Assembly (NCBI RefSeq): GCF_036365525.1
Contig: NC_090378.1
Coordinates: 111,404,351-111,468,350, forward strand
Reading direction: 5' to 3'
Length of the DNA: 64,000 bases
DNA from: Heterodontus francisci
Lineage: Eukaryota
Each line of letters starts with the position of its first letter. Within the stretch, counting starts at the first letter, position 1. Below, piece by piece: positions 62,615-64,000 of this stretch. A model generated the notes under the pieces. It had not been told where the DNA came from and searched no databases. It saw only the letters and a list, made by a program, of their open reading frames with translations. The translations under genes and the position numbers were made by a program.

Positions 62615-62762
62615 GTATCCAAAACTCTGGTACCCATATCCGAACTTGCACTGAGTCCTGTTCACTCAACACCCCTGTGCTTGCTGACCTACATTGGCTC
62701 CTGATCCAGCAATGCCTCGATTTTAAAATTCTCATCCTTGTTTTCAAATCCTTCCCTGGATT
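62615..62762 (+). mobile_element. L2-type LINE fragment
   Basis: IQNS..TPVLADLHWL.IQQCLDFKILILVFKS is the L2 C-terminal signature. Confidence 0.75.
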
Positions 62763-62769
62763 TCCTACA

Positions 62770-64000
62770 TTCGAATTAGAATTAGAACATTACAGCGCAG
62801 TACAGGCCCTTCGGCCCTCGATGTTGCGCCAACCTGTGAAACCATCTGACCTACACTATTCCATTTTCATCCATATGTCTATCCAATGACCACTTAAATG
62901 CCCTTAAAGTTGGTGAGTCTACTACTGCTGCAGGCAGGGCGTTCCACGCCCCTACTACTCTCTGAGTAAAGAAACTACCTCTGACATCTGTCCGATATCT
63001 ATCACCCCTCAACTTAAAGCTATGTCCCCTCGTGTTTGCCATCACCATCCGAGGAAAAAGACTCCCACTATCCACCCTATCTAACCCTCTGATTATCTTA
63101 TATGTCTCTATTAAGTCACCTCTCCTCCTCCTTCTCTCCAACGAAAACAACCTCAAGTCCCACAGCCTTTCCTCGTAAGACCTTCCCTCCATACCAGGCA
63201 ACATCCTAGTAAATCTCCTCTGCACCCTTTCCATAGCTTCCACATCCTTCCTATAATGCGGTGACCAGAACTGCACGCAATACTCCAGGTGCGGTCTCAC
63301 CAGAGTTTTGTACAGCTACAGCATGACATCGTGGCTCCGAAACTCGATCCCCCTACTAATAAAAGCTAACACACCATATGCCTTCTTAACAGCCCTATTA
63401 ACCTGGGTAGCAACCTTCAGGGATTTATGCACCTGGACACCAAGATCTCTCTGTTCATCTACACTACCAAGAATCTTCCCATTAGCCCAGTACTCTGCAT
63501 TCCTGTTCCCCCTTCCAAAGTGAATCACCTCGCACTTTTCCGCATTAAACTCCATTTGCCATCTCTCAGCCCAGCTCTGCAGCCTATCTGTGTCCCTCTG
63601 TACCCTACAACATCCTTCGGCACTATCCACAACTCCACCGACCTTCGTGTCATCCGCAAATTTACTAACCCACCCTTCTACACCCTCTTCCAGGTCATTT
63701 ATAAAGTTGACAAACAGCAGTGGCCCCAAAACAGATCCTTGCGGTACACCACCAGTAACTGAACTCCAGGATGAACATTTGCCATCAACCACCACCCTCT
63801 GTCTTCTTTCAGTTAGCCAATTTCTGATCCAAAGCTCTAAATCACCTTCAACCCCATACTTCCGTATTTTCCACAATAGCCTACCATGGGGAACCTTATC
63901 AAACGCCTTACTGAAATCCATATACACCACATCCACTGCTTTACCCTCATCCACCTGTTTGGTCACCTTCTCGAAAAACTCAATAAGGTTTGTGAGGCAC
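62770..64000 (-). mobile_element. CR1 LINE 3' part (RT), continues beyond the window
   Basis: DFSKAFDKVPH, GVPQGSVLGPLLF, FADD and RPHLEYCVQFWSP in 216-aa and 149-aa ORFs, with a (TTCTAA)n tail. Confidence 0.95.

Noticed and set aside
28552-64000. Upstream PBX exons 1-2 or an alternative first exon
   Set aside because: No ORF with PBC-A N-terminal sequence (for example ITDQSLDEAQ or KPALF) was seen. The intron evidently extends beyond the window.

Overview
This is eukaryotic vertebrate DNA, most likely from a shark or ray, judging by the HE1-type V-SINEs, DeuSINE cores and dense CR1 LINEs. The whole window appears to lie inside one minus-strand TALE homeobox gene of the PBX family, most similar to PBX1. 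Two coding exons are present with canonical AG/GT boundaries: 28551-28292 (260 bp, PBC-A end, poly-Ala and PBC-B start) and 6046-5856 (191 bp, PBC-B). They are separated by a ~22.2 kb intron, and the upstream and downstream introns run off both window ends. The introns are filled with nested mobile elements: many CR1 copies (one with an intact 645-aa RT ORF), an RTE element, a full-length decayed Tx1-clade element, L2 tails, SINEs, a solo LTR, a hAT MITE and GC-rich MITE-like elements. There are also two 39-40 bp minisatellites and several repeat-free, motif-rich islands that look like enhancers. The main hunt results are: (1) the Tx1 element and one or two poly(A) stubs sit at about the same position of a ~67-bp repeat unit, suggesting a site-specific retrotransposon/target pair; (2) a LINE family appears to carry a tRNA-like Pol III head, with its own deletion-derived SINE; (3) Penelope-like repeats carry degenerate hammerhead cores; (4) candidate nuclear-receptor and PBX/HOX/MEIS site clusters lie in the intron. 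Repeat boundaries are read by eye and approximate unless a target-site duplication (TSD) is given.
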